From assembly GCA_001563335.1 (NCBI GenBank), contig LRSL01000084.1, positions 1 to 14,423 on the forward strand: a stretch of DNA of 14,423 nt, read 5' to 3'. Within the stretch, counting starts at the first letter, position 1; each line of letters starts with the position of its first letter. Positions 1-7,969 of the stretch are shown here, piece by piece. The notes under the pieces were generated by a model. It saw only the letters and a program-made list of their open reading frames with translations, was not told the origin of the DNA and did not search any database. Both the position numbers and the translations under genes were made by a program. Source of the stretch: Candidatus Thorarchaeota archaeon SMTZ1-45. GTDB lineage: Archaea > Asgardarchaeota > Thorarchaeia > Thorarchaeales > Thorarchaeaceae.

Positions 1-960
1 CCTGAGATAACACGGACTGTCTTTGGAGTTGGAGGGGGCGAAGCTGTTGACTTTGCAATAAAACTGGCACGAGGACATACAAAGAAACACAAGATCATCC
101 ATGCCACCTCTGCGTATCACGGACACACCGGCCTAGCACTCGCTGCAGGTGACGACCATTTCAAAGCCCCATTTGAACCACTAGCACCAGGATTTGTCGA
201 TGTGCCATTCGGTGATGCTGATGCAGTAGCTGCGGCGATAGATAGTGAAACTGCTGCGGTCATTTTCGAAACAATACCTGCCACGCTCGGGATGCCCATA
301 CCATCCAACGACTTCTATCCCAAAGTTCGAGAGATATGCGACGAGAAGGGAGTCCTTCTCATCTTAGATGAGATTCAGACAGGTCTCGGAAGGACTGGTA
401 AACTCTGGTGCTTTGAGCACTATGATATTGTGCCAGACATATTCACAATTGGTAAGGGTCTCTCGGGAGGGATATTTCCAATCACAGCCACATGCTATCG
501 AGAGGACCTTGATTATTTCATGAACGAGCACCCCTTCATCCATATATCCACATTCGGAGGAGCTGAGGTGGGCTGTCCAGTAGCAGCAAAGGTGCTTGAC
601 ATCACTTCAAAACAATCATTCTTAGAACACGTGAACCAAATAAGTGACAGTCTGAGCATGAAACTTGAAGGGATAAGAGAAGCGTATTCGGACGTCCTTC
701 TCGAGATCAGACGCAAGGGGCTCTTCATGGGACTCAAGATGAGTGATGTTGGCTATGGACCTCTCATGAGCATTGCTTCCTACAACTGCGGAGTCTTCGC
801 AGTCTACGCTGACAATGACCGTTCAGTCTTGCAGTTTCTCCCACCACTCATAATCAGAGAGGATGAGGTCCAGTATATTGATGATTCAATGCGGAAAGCA
901 TATGCATATGCAAAAGAACGACCAGACTACCTGGAACTAGCAAGGAATCTGGCAGCATAA
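1..960 (+). CDS. Class-III PLP-dependent aminotransferase family protein (acetylornithine/putrescine aminotransferase-like), 5'-truncated by the window edge
   Basis: Frame 1 is open from base 1 (PEITRTVFGVGGGEAVDFAIKLARGHTKKHKIIHATSAYHGHT...), so the ORF-track GTG at 202 is internal. Class-III motifs: GGEAVD..IKLAR, YHGHT, LILDEIQTGLGRTG, GKGLSGG (Schiff-base Lys codon 454-456), STFGG, GLFMGL, LQFLPPL. Stop TAA 958-960. Confidence 0.93.
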   Translation, partial: PEITRTVFGVGGGEAVDFAIKLARGHTKKHKIIHATSAYHGHTGLALAAGDDHFKAPFEPLAPGFVDVPFGDADAVAAAIDSETAAVIFETIPATLGMPIPSNDFYPKVREICDEKGVLLILDEIQTGLGRTGKLWCFEHYDIVPDIFTIGKGLSGGIFPITATCYREDLDYFMNEHPFIHISTFGGAEVGCPVAAKVLDITSKQSFLEHVNQISDSLSMKLEGIREAYSDVLLEIRRKGLFMGLKMSDVGYGPLMSIASYNCGVFAVYADNDRSVLQFLPPLIIREDEVQYIDDSMRKAYAYAKERPDYLELARNLAA

Positions 961-1944
961 ATGGAGGAGGAAATTGAGTTGAAAATAGACAAGGAACTTC
1001 TGAGGGAATTTGAAGAGGGACTAGACCCTCTAAAGCCGGAAGAATCTAAGATTCCAGCAAGAGTGCTTGGATATGGCGAGATCAGCACAGTTTTTGAGAT
1101 ACTCCATGAGGAGCAGTCTGATATTGCCTTCAAGAGAATGCCTCTTTTCGATAATATGGAACAGGTGGAGAGATACAGGGATGTCTATAATCGCTATCAT
1201 GACCGTTTCAAACAGATTGGAATAGATATTCCAGAATATGGATCAGTGGTGATTGAAACAGAGAAAGGGAGGATTGTGCTTTACCTGTATCAGAAGAAAC
1301 TACCGTCCGAGTCAATAGGAAACAGTATGATTCACCACATATCTGAAACAGGAGTGCACAATCTTGTTTCGACAATACTTGACCAACTCAACAAGGTCTG
1401 GGAGTTCAATAGACATGAGAGCCCTCATGCGGAGGTGGCGATAGATGGTCAAATATCAAACTGGGCTATTAGGAACTACATTCCAGATGCAGGAGATCCA
1501 CAGCTAGGGGAAGACCTGCTCTATCTAGACACAAGCACGCCCCTCTTCCGAGAGAATGGTGAAGAACAGCTAGATGTAGAACTGTTTCTAAAACCCACAC
1601 CGCCTGGAATCAGATGGTACCTCAAGAAGTACTACCTGCAAGACATTGTGGACCGATATTACGACTTCAGAAAGGTAGTCATTGATCTAGTTGCTAATTT
1701 CTTGAAGGAACAGCGGAGTGAGTTTGTACCCGGTCTGGTGGACTTGATTAACACCTACTTCTCAACAGAGGCGACTGATCAGGATGCTGAACCTATCACA
1801 GTCGAAGAGATTGAGGAATATTACAAGGATGATGCCTCCACATGGAAACTCTATCTGAGAATGCGAAAGGCGCATCGGTTCATCAAGACCAAAATATTGA
1901 GGGGCTATTATGCATACATACTGCCTGCTGACATTCAGAGGTGA
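961..1944 (+). CDS. Uncharacterised protein (DUF6206-like) with protein-kinase-like/phosphotransferase motifs
   Basis: 327-aa ORF whose ATG directly follows the upstream TAA. Motifs VLGYGEISTV, IAFKRMP, IDGQISNW and YLDTSTP occur in kinase order. The DUF6206 label is from recollection of the family pattern, not from a search. Confidence 0.8.
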   Translation: MEEEIELKIDKELLREFEEGLDPLKPEESKIPARVLGYGEISTVFEILHEEQSDIAFKRMPLFDNMEQVERYRDVYNRYHDRFKQIGIDIPEYGSVVIETEKGRIVLYLYQKKLPSESIGNSMIHHISETGVHNLVSTILDQLNKVWEFNRHESPHAEVAIDGQISNWAIRNYIPDAGDPQLGEDLLYLDTSTPLFRENGEEQLDVELFLKPTPPGIRWYLKKYYLQDIVDRYYDFRKVVIDLVANFLKEQRSEFVPGLVDLINTYFSTEATDQDAEPITVEEIEEYYKDDASTWKLYLRMRKAHRFIKTKILRGYYAYILPADIQR

Positions 1945-2013
1945 ATTTTCCTTTCATAAGACTGAATAGACTGTGTAATTCATTCTCACAATCAGCGGAT
2001 AGAGGGTCATTTG

Positions 2014-2379
2014 ATGTCAGAGATGATGACAGCATTATTCGGAACAGCAATAGCTCTCTTCTTCATATGGCGCTTCGCTCGAACTCATCAACTCTACCGA
2101 TTCTCACTCAGAGTAATAAGAGGACTTGAAGAACCAGTCATAATCAAACCAGCTATTTCTCGTGAATTTGCGAACCATGCACTTCTGGGAAATCGGAACA
2201 TAGAGCCAAATTCCTTCTTCATCAGAGGAGTTGTTTATCTTGCTATCGCTCTTATCCTATTGCCTTTTAGAGACTATATTCCAGTTCTATATTGGCTTGT
2301 TGTTTTCCTGATTGCTCTCTATGTTCCTTGGTGTTTGATTCACGGAGTCCTACTCAAACAGGAAATAACTAGGAGATAG
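2014..2379 (+). CDS. Small hypothetical membrane protein (about 3 TM helices)
   Basis: Hydrophobic segments ALFGTAIALFFIW, GVVYLAIALILL and VLYWLVVFLIALYVPWCLIHGVLL. Start uncertain (TTG 2011, ATG 2014 or ATG 2023). Its 3' end overlaps the convergent gene by 11 nt. Confidence 0.65.
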   Translation: MSEMMTALFGTAIALFFIWRFARTHQLYRFSLRVIRGLEEPVIIKPAISREFANHALLGNRNIEPNSFFIRGVVYLAIALILLPFRDYIPVLYWLVVFLIALYVPWCLIHGVLLKQEITRR

Positions 2380-2800
2380 ATTTCAGTAGTGAGATGTGTT
2401 TTTCAGCCTTGGTTGATAGTCTCTTGAACTCATCACTCACTTCCGGTAGAAATGTTGTCTTCTCAGATGCTTTCATGAAAAAGGATTGGGAACTCTCCTC
2501 AATTCTTATCGCATTCTCTTGAAGTGAGGAATCATCAGGTGTGTCTGGAGTAGTGATTTCTATATCAAAGGGTTCGCTATCAAAGTCATGGATGGGTTCG
2601 AGAATCATCTCTGTCACATTCTCTCTTCTGAACCGATTCAGGAGGCGGGTTCGTTTCTCGTGTTCCTTCATAAGGAGCTCAAATGCGTCTCTCAGACTAG
2701 AGTTGCTGATGAGTTCGGTGTATTTACTATAGAAAGAGCCAATCTTTGCTTCGCGCTCAAGAGCAAAAGTGAAGATCGCCCCAGTGGTTCCTAAATTCAT
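2369..2800 (-). CDS. Ferritin-like / rubrerythrin-type four-helix-bundle protein without a rubredoxin domain; degenerate di-iron ligands
   Basis: Two-fold internal helix pattern: FALEREAKIGSFY...FELLMKEHEKR and NAIRIEESSQSFF...FKRLSTKAEKH. AGGAG upstream on the minus strand; starts 25 nt after the mmsA stop. Confidence 0.75.
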   Translation of the reverse strand: MNLGTTGAIFTFALEREAKIGSFYSKYTELISNSSLRDAFELLMKEHEKRTRLLNRFRRENVTEMILEPIHDFDSEPFDIEITTPDTPDDSSLQENAIRIEESSQSFFMKASEKTTFLPEVSDEFKRLSTKAEKHISLLKSIS

Positions 2801-2825
2801 TGTGACATTTGACTCCTTATTATTC

Positions 2826-4283
2826 TTAGAACCATCGAGTGATAACTACTTTATCCTCTGTGAAGAACCTGATGGCATCAGTTCCTTGACCGTGTAGGTC
2901 TCCAAAGAATGAGTCCTTCATTCCAGAAAATGGAAAGTGAGCCACTGGAGCAGCGATGCCTATGTTGATTCCTATGTTGCCTGTTTGAACCTCATAGGTA
3001 AACTCTCTCGCCCATTTACCACTAGAGGTGAATATTGAGGATGCATTTCCATATGGGTTTGCATGGATTATCTTAATGGCTTCCTCATAGCTCTTTACTT
3101 TGATTATTGACATGACCGGACCAAAGATTTCCTCCTGAGCAATACCCATGTTAGGTTTGACATCATCAAAGATCGTTGGACCAACAAAGAATCCATTTGG
3201 ATGACCGTCAACCTTAACATCCCTACCATCCAGCAAGAGTGTTGCACCTTCCTTTAGTCCCCGTTCAATGAAGTCAATGGTCCTAGCCTTGGATTTTGCT
3301 GTGATCAGTGGGCCCATCTGCACTCCTTCTTCAAGCCCATTACCTACTCGGATCATCTTTGCCTTTTCAACCAACAGCTGGACCAATGGTTCATGAATCT
3401 CTTCCATTGCGAGAATCACAGCTCCAGCCAGACATCGTTCCCCAGCGCACCCATAGCATGATGTCATCAGTGCTGATGCAGTTCGCTCCAAGTCAGCATC
3501 AGGCATTACGAGTAGGAAGTTCTTTGCTCCAGCTTGAACTTGGGCTCGTTTGCCATGGGCTGCAGCTCGTTCGTATACAATCCTACCAACAGGAGTAGAC
3601 CCCACGAATGAAACACCCTTTGTTATCGGGCTATCCAATAGTGTATTTGCTGTTTCCACATCACCATGAACTAGATTTATGACACCTGGAGGAAAGCCAG
3701 ACTCATCAATCACCTCCGTTAACCTCACAGCACTAATTGGGGCTATTGGAGAAGGCTTCACGATGTAGGTGTTACCACAGGCAACAGCTGCTGGTAGGAA
3801 CCACAACGGCACCATGCTTGGGAAATTAAAAGGTGCTAGACAGAAGAAGACACCCATAGGTTGACGGAGTACAATCTCGTCAATTTCTGGGGCAACGTCT
3901 TCGGCGTTGTATCCCATCATCAACGAAGGTATGCCAGTCGCGACTTCTACATTTTCTATTCCACGCCTGATCTCACCACGTGCCTCATCTATTGTCTTTC
4001 CATTCTCGATTACAACCTGTCGAGCCAATTCTTCAAATTTCTCTTCCATGAGATTCTTCATTTCAAAGAAATACCTAGCACGTGTGATCGGAATAGTCCG
4101 TCTCCATCTAGGAAACGCTTTGTTGGCTGCTTGAATAGCCTCCTCAGTTTCGTCAACAGTACTCATAGGAACTTTGGCAATCAGTTCACCAGTCGCCGGG
4201 TTCAATACATCTCGAAGATTCTTTGAGCTGGACTCAACCCATTCACCATCGATGTAGTTCTTAAGTATGGGTACATCAGTCAT
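2826..4283 (-). CDS. mmsA: CoA-acylating (methyl)malonate-semialdehyde dehydrogenase (ALDH6/IolA family)
   Basis: 485 aa with PFNFPSMVPLWF, SFVGSTPVG, QAGAKNF (no general-base Glu, typical of CoA-acylating ALDHs), YGCAGERCLA (catalytic Cys), EEIFGPV, YGNASSIFT, FPFSGMKDSFFGDLHGQG and C-terminal RWF. Confidence 0.93.
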   Translation of the reverse strand: MTDVPILKNYIDGEWVESSSKNLRDVLNPATGELIAKVPMSTVDETEEAIQAANKAFPRWRRTIPITRARYFFEMKNLMEEKFEELARQVVIENGKTIDEARGEIRRGIENVEVATGIPSLMMGYNAEDVAPEIDEIVLRQPMGVFFCLAPFNFPSMVPLWFLPAAVACGNTYIVKPSPIAPISAVRLTEVIDESGFPPGVINLVHGDVETANTLLDSPITKGVSFVGSTPVGRIVYERAAAHGKRAQVQAGAKNFLLVMPDADLERTASALMTSCYGCAGERCLAGAVILAMEEIHEPLVQLLVEKAKMIRVGNGLEEGVQMGPLITAKSKARTIDFIERGLKEGATLLLDGRDVKVDGHPNGFFVGPTIFDDVKPNMGIAQEEIFGPVMSIIKVKSYEEAIKIIHANPYGNASSIFTSSGKWAREFTYEVQTGNIGINIGIAAPVAHFPFSGMKDSFFGDLHGQGTDAIRFFTEDKVVITRWF

Positions 4284-4508
4284 AGGGCTTACCTTCTTCT
4301 CAGTTAATTGGTGGAGTTCAACCAGTAGTCAGATGGACCATATAACTATAATCAAAACTGCGTTTTTGCAAGTTAGACTATAATGATACGTTAATGGAAA
4401 CCTTGTACAGAGTTATGTCCATCAAAGGTATTGAGAGATTAGCAACTCAGGTCACTGTATGCGCTCTCCGAGATGTGTTTCTCTCAACAGATTTGAAATC
4501 GATTGTCC

Positions 4509-4940
4509 TTAGGATGGAGTACTACTTTTTCCCGTGGCGAAGTAGTAAGCGACCACAGATGCAACAAAGCTGCCAAGCACACCCATGATTGCAGTGAACT
4601 TTTCCAACTCTATAAAGTTGAATACTGTCATCACCACAACCAGAGTAAATAGTCCAAAGATCCAGACAGCCAAGACTGCTCTCATATTCTTCCGAAGACT
4701 CAATAATTGTACTGTGCTTTCACCCGCTCGCTGTAGTGTTTGAATTGTAGTCAGTATCAACGCTTCATTCATCACGATGATGAAGGCAATACCTAGCCCT
4801 AACCCGATTCCAACTACAAAGACGACTGTTGTTATTGTATCGGTCATAAACCATAGAACCACTACAACCAATGTGAGGAGCCAACCAACAACAAGCCAAC
4901 CTATTTGAGCGGTCCGTTCATGTAAATTCAGTTCTGCCAT
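4509..4940 (-). CDS. Hypothetical membrane protein (about 4 TM helices)
   Basis: 143 aa with four hydrophobic stretches, ending in LGSFVASVVAYYF. Purine-rich leader and an AT-rich TTTAATTA about 30 nt upstream on the minus strand. Confidence 0.7.
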   Translation of the reverse strand: MAELNLHERTAQIGWLVVGWLLTLVVVVLWFMTDTITTVVFVVGIGLGLGIAFIIVMNEALILTTIQTLQRAGESTVQLLSLRKNMRAVLAVWIFGLFTLVVVMTVFNFIELEKFTAIMGVLGSFVASVVAYYFATGKSSTPS

Positions 4941-5159
4941 CTTCTATCCCCTTCCCTTGCATCCCTATCCATAATTAAACTTGACGTCCTAAAACATCTT
5001 TGGATGAGATTCCCTTTATACTAGGAGATTCGGTAGAACCATTCCCCAAGTGGATGGATTTGGAACACTACTGGATTTTGGTATTACCCCCTTCAAAGAG
5101 AATATTGAAATGGGTGTTAATGGACAACAATAGGAAGCAAAGAAAAGCTGTGAATAAGC

Positions 5160-5558
5160 ATGGATGACACTCAGAGAGAAACACTGTTTCTGACAATTAA
5201 AGCTGTGATTGATGGTATCATTGCAGACAAGAGAGAGAATCCAAAGAACACCAAGAGATTGAACTCTTTCGAGGGCAGAATCAACATTGGACTCCATGTT
5301 GAAGAAGACGAGATAATGTGGATTAATCTAATAGCAAAGGATGGGGAATATACTGTCGGAAAAGACGCTCTTGAGGAACGGGACTTGGAACTGATTGCGG
5401 ACCCAGAGGATTTGATGTTTTTCTGCAATGGTCAATTTTCAGTCATGCATATGATGATGAAGCGAAACAGGTTTGGAGAGAGAAAACTGAGATTCAAGGG
5501 AAGAGCATATGGCAAACTTCTAGCATTGCCAAAGATATTGGTGTTGGACAAGAAATAA
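5160..5558 (+). CDS. Divergent SCP2 (sterol carrier protein 2)-like lipid-binding domain protein
   Basis: 132 aa with an SCP2-like layout: FEGRINIGL...WINLIAKDGEYTVG...DLELIADPEDLMFFCNGQFSVMHMMM...KLRFKG...KLLALPKIL. First gene of a tightly spaced run. Confidence 0.65.
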   Translation: MDDTQRETLFLTIKAVIDGIIADKRENPKNTKRLNSFEGRINIGLHVEEDEIMWINLIAKDGEYTVGKDALEERDLELIADPEDLMFFCNGQFSVMHMMMKRNRFGERKLRFKGRAYGKLLALPKILVLDKK

Positions 5559-5577
5559 CACATGAGAGGAATAGAAG

Positions 5578-6027
5578 ATGGTAAAATTTGGAACTCAAGA
5601 ATGGGCAGAACTAGTCATTGAAGCTATAAACTCGAATAAAGCCTATGCAAAGGCGGCGGACTGGTGGGAAGGTGACTTCATCTTTCAGATTGATCCATTT
5701 GGCGGATTAGATCATCAAATCAGAGTATGGGTAGGTCTATACCATGGGAAATGTACAGGTGCCCAGGTACTTAAAGAAGATGAGGAGTATAGACTTCTAG
5801 AGAAGGGAGAAAAGGCGTCAGGTCAACCGTTTGAAGCTGAGTTTGTGTATTCAGCGAGAATTGATGTATGGGAGAAGATTCTACGTAAGGAGTTGGATCC
5901 AATTCGAGCCTTGCTCTCTGGGCAGTCGAAGATTCAGGGTGATATGCCCAAAATCCTGCGGGCAACTGAAGCAGCCAAAGAACTCGTAGCGAGCGCGGCG
6001 ACCATAGAAACCGAGTTCTATGACTGA
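5578..6027 (+). CDS. SCP2 sterol/lipid-binding domain protein
   Basis: FGTQEW..V...IN.N..Y...A..WEGDFIF, LYHGKC and W..IL..ELDPIRALLSGQSKIQGDMPKILR...AAKELV match the prokaryotic stand-alone SCP2 pattern. GAGAGGA RBS upstream. Confidence 0.85.
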   Translation: MVKFGTQEWAELVIEAINSNKAYAKAADWWEGDFIFQIDPFGGLDHQIRVWVGLYHGKCTGAQVLKEDEEYRLLEKGEKASGQPFEAEFVYSARIDVWEKILRKELDPIRALLSGQSKIQGDMPKILRATEAAKELVASAATIETEFYD

Positions 6028-6067
6028 ATGAACAAAGGCCTACTATGAACACACGGATGGACATTAA

Positions 6068-7939
6068 ATGCTAAAGGGATACATGGGAAAGATACTACGA
6101 GTCAACTTAACTGATGGGACAATAACTGAAGAGTTTCCAGATGAGAACATACTCAAGATGTATTTAGGAGGAGCAGGACTCGCCACTTATTTTTTGATCA
6201 ATGAAACTGAGAAAGGAATAGACCCCTTAGGATCAGAGAACAAACTCATTGTCATGACTGGACCATTGACTGGGACACAGTCTCCGAGCGCTGGGCGATA
6301 TAGCGTTGTGGCCAAGTCGCCCTTGACGAATCTTTGGGGTCAGGCAAACTCAGCAGGATTCTGGGCTAAGGACTTCAAGAGGTCAGGCTTTGATGGCATC
6401 ATCTTTGAGGGGGCATCTCCCAATCCTGTGTATCTCTTGACAGAGGATGGAAAAGCGGAGTTATTAGATGCTACTGAGATATGGGGAAAGACAACTTCAG
6501 AAACTACTCGAATTTTGAAAGAAAAACACGGCGTTAAGCACAATGTTGCCTGTATTGGTCCTGCAGGGGAGAGGCTGGTAAAGTATGCAGCAATCATGAA
6601 TGACTGTGATGAGAAGTACTTTGGTCGTGCGGCTGGGAGATGTGGTCTAGGAAGTGTGATGGGTTCAAAGAACCTGAAGGCAATGGCAGCCTATGGGAAA
6701 GAAACAATCCCTATTGCAAATCCTGAAGAATATAGGATCGAGGCAAAGAAGAGATTCGACTGGGTCAACCAAAGCATGCTCAAGATGACACTGGAGGTCT
6801 ACGGTACAGCCACAATGGTCGACCTGTGTCAGGTTGTCGGAGGACTGCCAACTCGCAACTTCCAGACTGGTGTGTTTGAGGGTGCTGACAACATCAATGG
6901 CACAGCCCTGAACGATACAATACTTGCGGCTCGAAAGCCATGTTTTGCCTGTCCAATTGCCTGTGGTCGTATCGCGGAGATAAAGGAGGGCAAGTTCAAG
7001 AGCAGGGGAGAAGGTCCAGAGTATGAAACTATTGGTTCGTTTGGTAGTATGTGTGGGGTTGATGATCTTGAAGCAATCTCAATGGCTCACTTCCTCTGCA
7101 ATGAGTACGGTCTTGATGTAATTTCTGCTGGAAACTCAGTGGCTTTCGTCATGGAATGCTTCGAAAAGGGAATCATTACAAAGGAGGACACTGGTGGGAT
7201 AGAGTTCAAGTTTGGTGACAAGGATGTCATCGTAGATATTGTGCCTAAGATTGCTCTGCGTGAAGGTTTTGGTGATGTCATTGCAGAGGGAACCATGCGA
7301 ATGGCAGAGAAATTTGGGAAAGGTTCAGAACATTTTGCTATGCACGTCAAAGGACTTGAACTTCCTGCGTATGATAGTAGAGCTGCAAAAATCACAGGTT
7401 TGGCGTATGCCACTGCTAACAGAGGTGGGGATCATATCACAGCATGGATTGAAGGACCTGCCTTTCTCTCAATGCCATTCATGATTGTGGATGATGCTGA
7501 TGTGGGTGATGCACAAAAGGAAATTCCTGAAAAATCTGTTATACTGAAGGACTTTGAAGACGCGTTTCAGATCTTTGATGCAGTTGGTGCATGCAAATTC
7601 ATGGGCATTGTGATGACTGCTGATGACTGGGCTGTCTTATTGTCAAATCTAATGGGAATCGAATACTCTGCTACAGACTTCAGAAGGACAGGTGAAAGAA
7701 TCTATAACCTTGAGAGGGTCTACAATATTCGAGAGGGTGCCACACGAGAAGATGATACTCTTCCCCCGAGACTTTTGAAAGATCCGCTCCCAGAAGGTCC
7801 AGCCAAGGGACTGGTGGTCAATCTAGAACCCATGCTTGAGAGCTATTACGAGTTTCGGGGATGGGACCAAGATGGCAAGCCAACCAAGGAAAAACTGACA
7901 GAACTGGGGTTGGACTGGGCAATTAGCCAAATTTATTGA
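6068..7939 (+). CDS. aor: Aldehyde:ferredoxin oxidoreductase family protein (tungstopterin + [4Fe-4S])
   Basis: 623 aa with KSPLT, CIGPAGE, GRAAGRCGLGSVMGSKNLKA, CFACPIAC (Fe-S ligands), GPEYET, CNEYGLDVIS (DxxGLD-type motif), VKGLELPAYDSR, ANRGGDH, DAVGACKF (fourth Cys) and YYEFRGWD..G.PT.EKL..LGL. Confidence 0.95.
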   Translation: MLKGYMGKILRVNLTDGTITEEFPDENILKMYLGGAGLATYFLINETEKGIDPLGSENKLIVMTGPLTGTQSPSAGRYSVVAKSPLTNLWGQANSAGFWAKDFKRSGFDGIIFEGASPNPVYLLTEDGKAELLDATEIWGKTTSETTRILKEKHGVKHNVACIGPAGERLVKYAAIMNDCDEKYFGRAAGRCGLGSVMGSKNLKAMAAYGKETIPIANPEEYRIEAKKRFDWVNQSMLKMTLEVYGTATMVDLCQVVGGLPTRNFQTGVFEGADNINGTALNDTILAARKPCFACPIACGRIAEIKEGKFKSRGEGPEYETIGSFGSMCGVDDLEAISMAHFLCNEYGLDVISAGNSVAFVMECFEKGIITKEDTGGIEFKFGDKDVIVDIVPKIALREGFGDVIAEGTMRMAEKFGKGSEHFAMHVKGLELPAYDSRAAKITGLAYATANRGGDHITAWIEGPAFLSMPFMIVDDADVGDAQKEIPEKSVILKDFEDAFQIFDAVGACKFMGIVMTADDWAVLLSNLMGIEYSATDFRRTGERIYNLERVYNIREGATREDDTLPPRLLKDPLPEGPAKGLVVNLEPMLESYYEFRGWDQDGKPTKEKLTELGLDWAISQIY

Positions 7940-7969
7940 GCTGAAGTGTATCTATCTGAGTTGATTTCG

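Noticed and set aside
202-960. ORF-track start at GTG 202
   Set aside because: The frame is open and homologous from base 1; the true start lies upstream of the window.
117-1133. Minus-strand ORFs 117-308, 513-737 and 927-1133
   Set aside because: Antisense shadows of well-supported genes, with no motifs.
1941-2129. 62-aa ORF overlapping the stop of the kinase-like gene (GTGA)
   Set aside because: Overlaps the more plausible membrane ORF in another frame and has no recognisable features.
2797-2808. Minus-strand mini-ORF ATG-TCA-CAA-TGA overlapping the ferritin-like start (ATGA)
   Set aside because: Three codons can easily arise by chance; nothing indicates a regulatory role.
4345-4384. ACTATAAT twice (4345-4352, 4377-4384) and a weak CAAAA...TTTTG palindrome upstream of mmsA
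   Set aside because: Short AT-rich matches expected in a promoter region; a specific site cannot be supported.
2541-4588. Plus-strand ORFs 2541-2732, 2588-2794, 3308-3598, 3861-4226, 3907-4134 and 4394-4588
   Set aside because: Antisense to the ferritin-like, mmsA or membrane genes, with no motifs. 4394-4588 is partly intergenic but unsupported.
5055-5087. Imperfect tandem TGGATTT(T)GG...TAC upstream of the SCP2 operon
   Set aside because: Only two degenerate copies; not a CRISPR array and too weak to call an operator.
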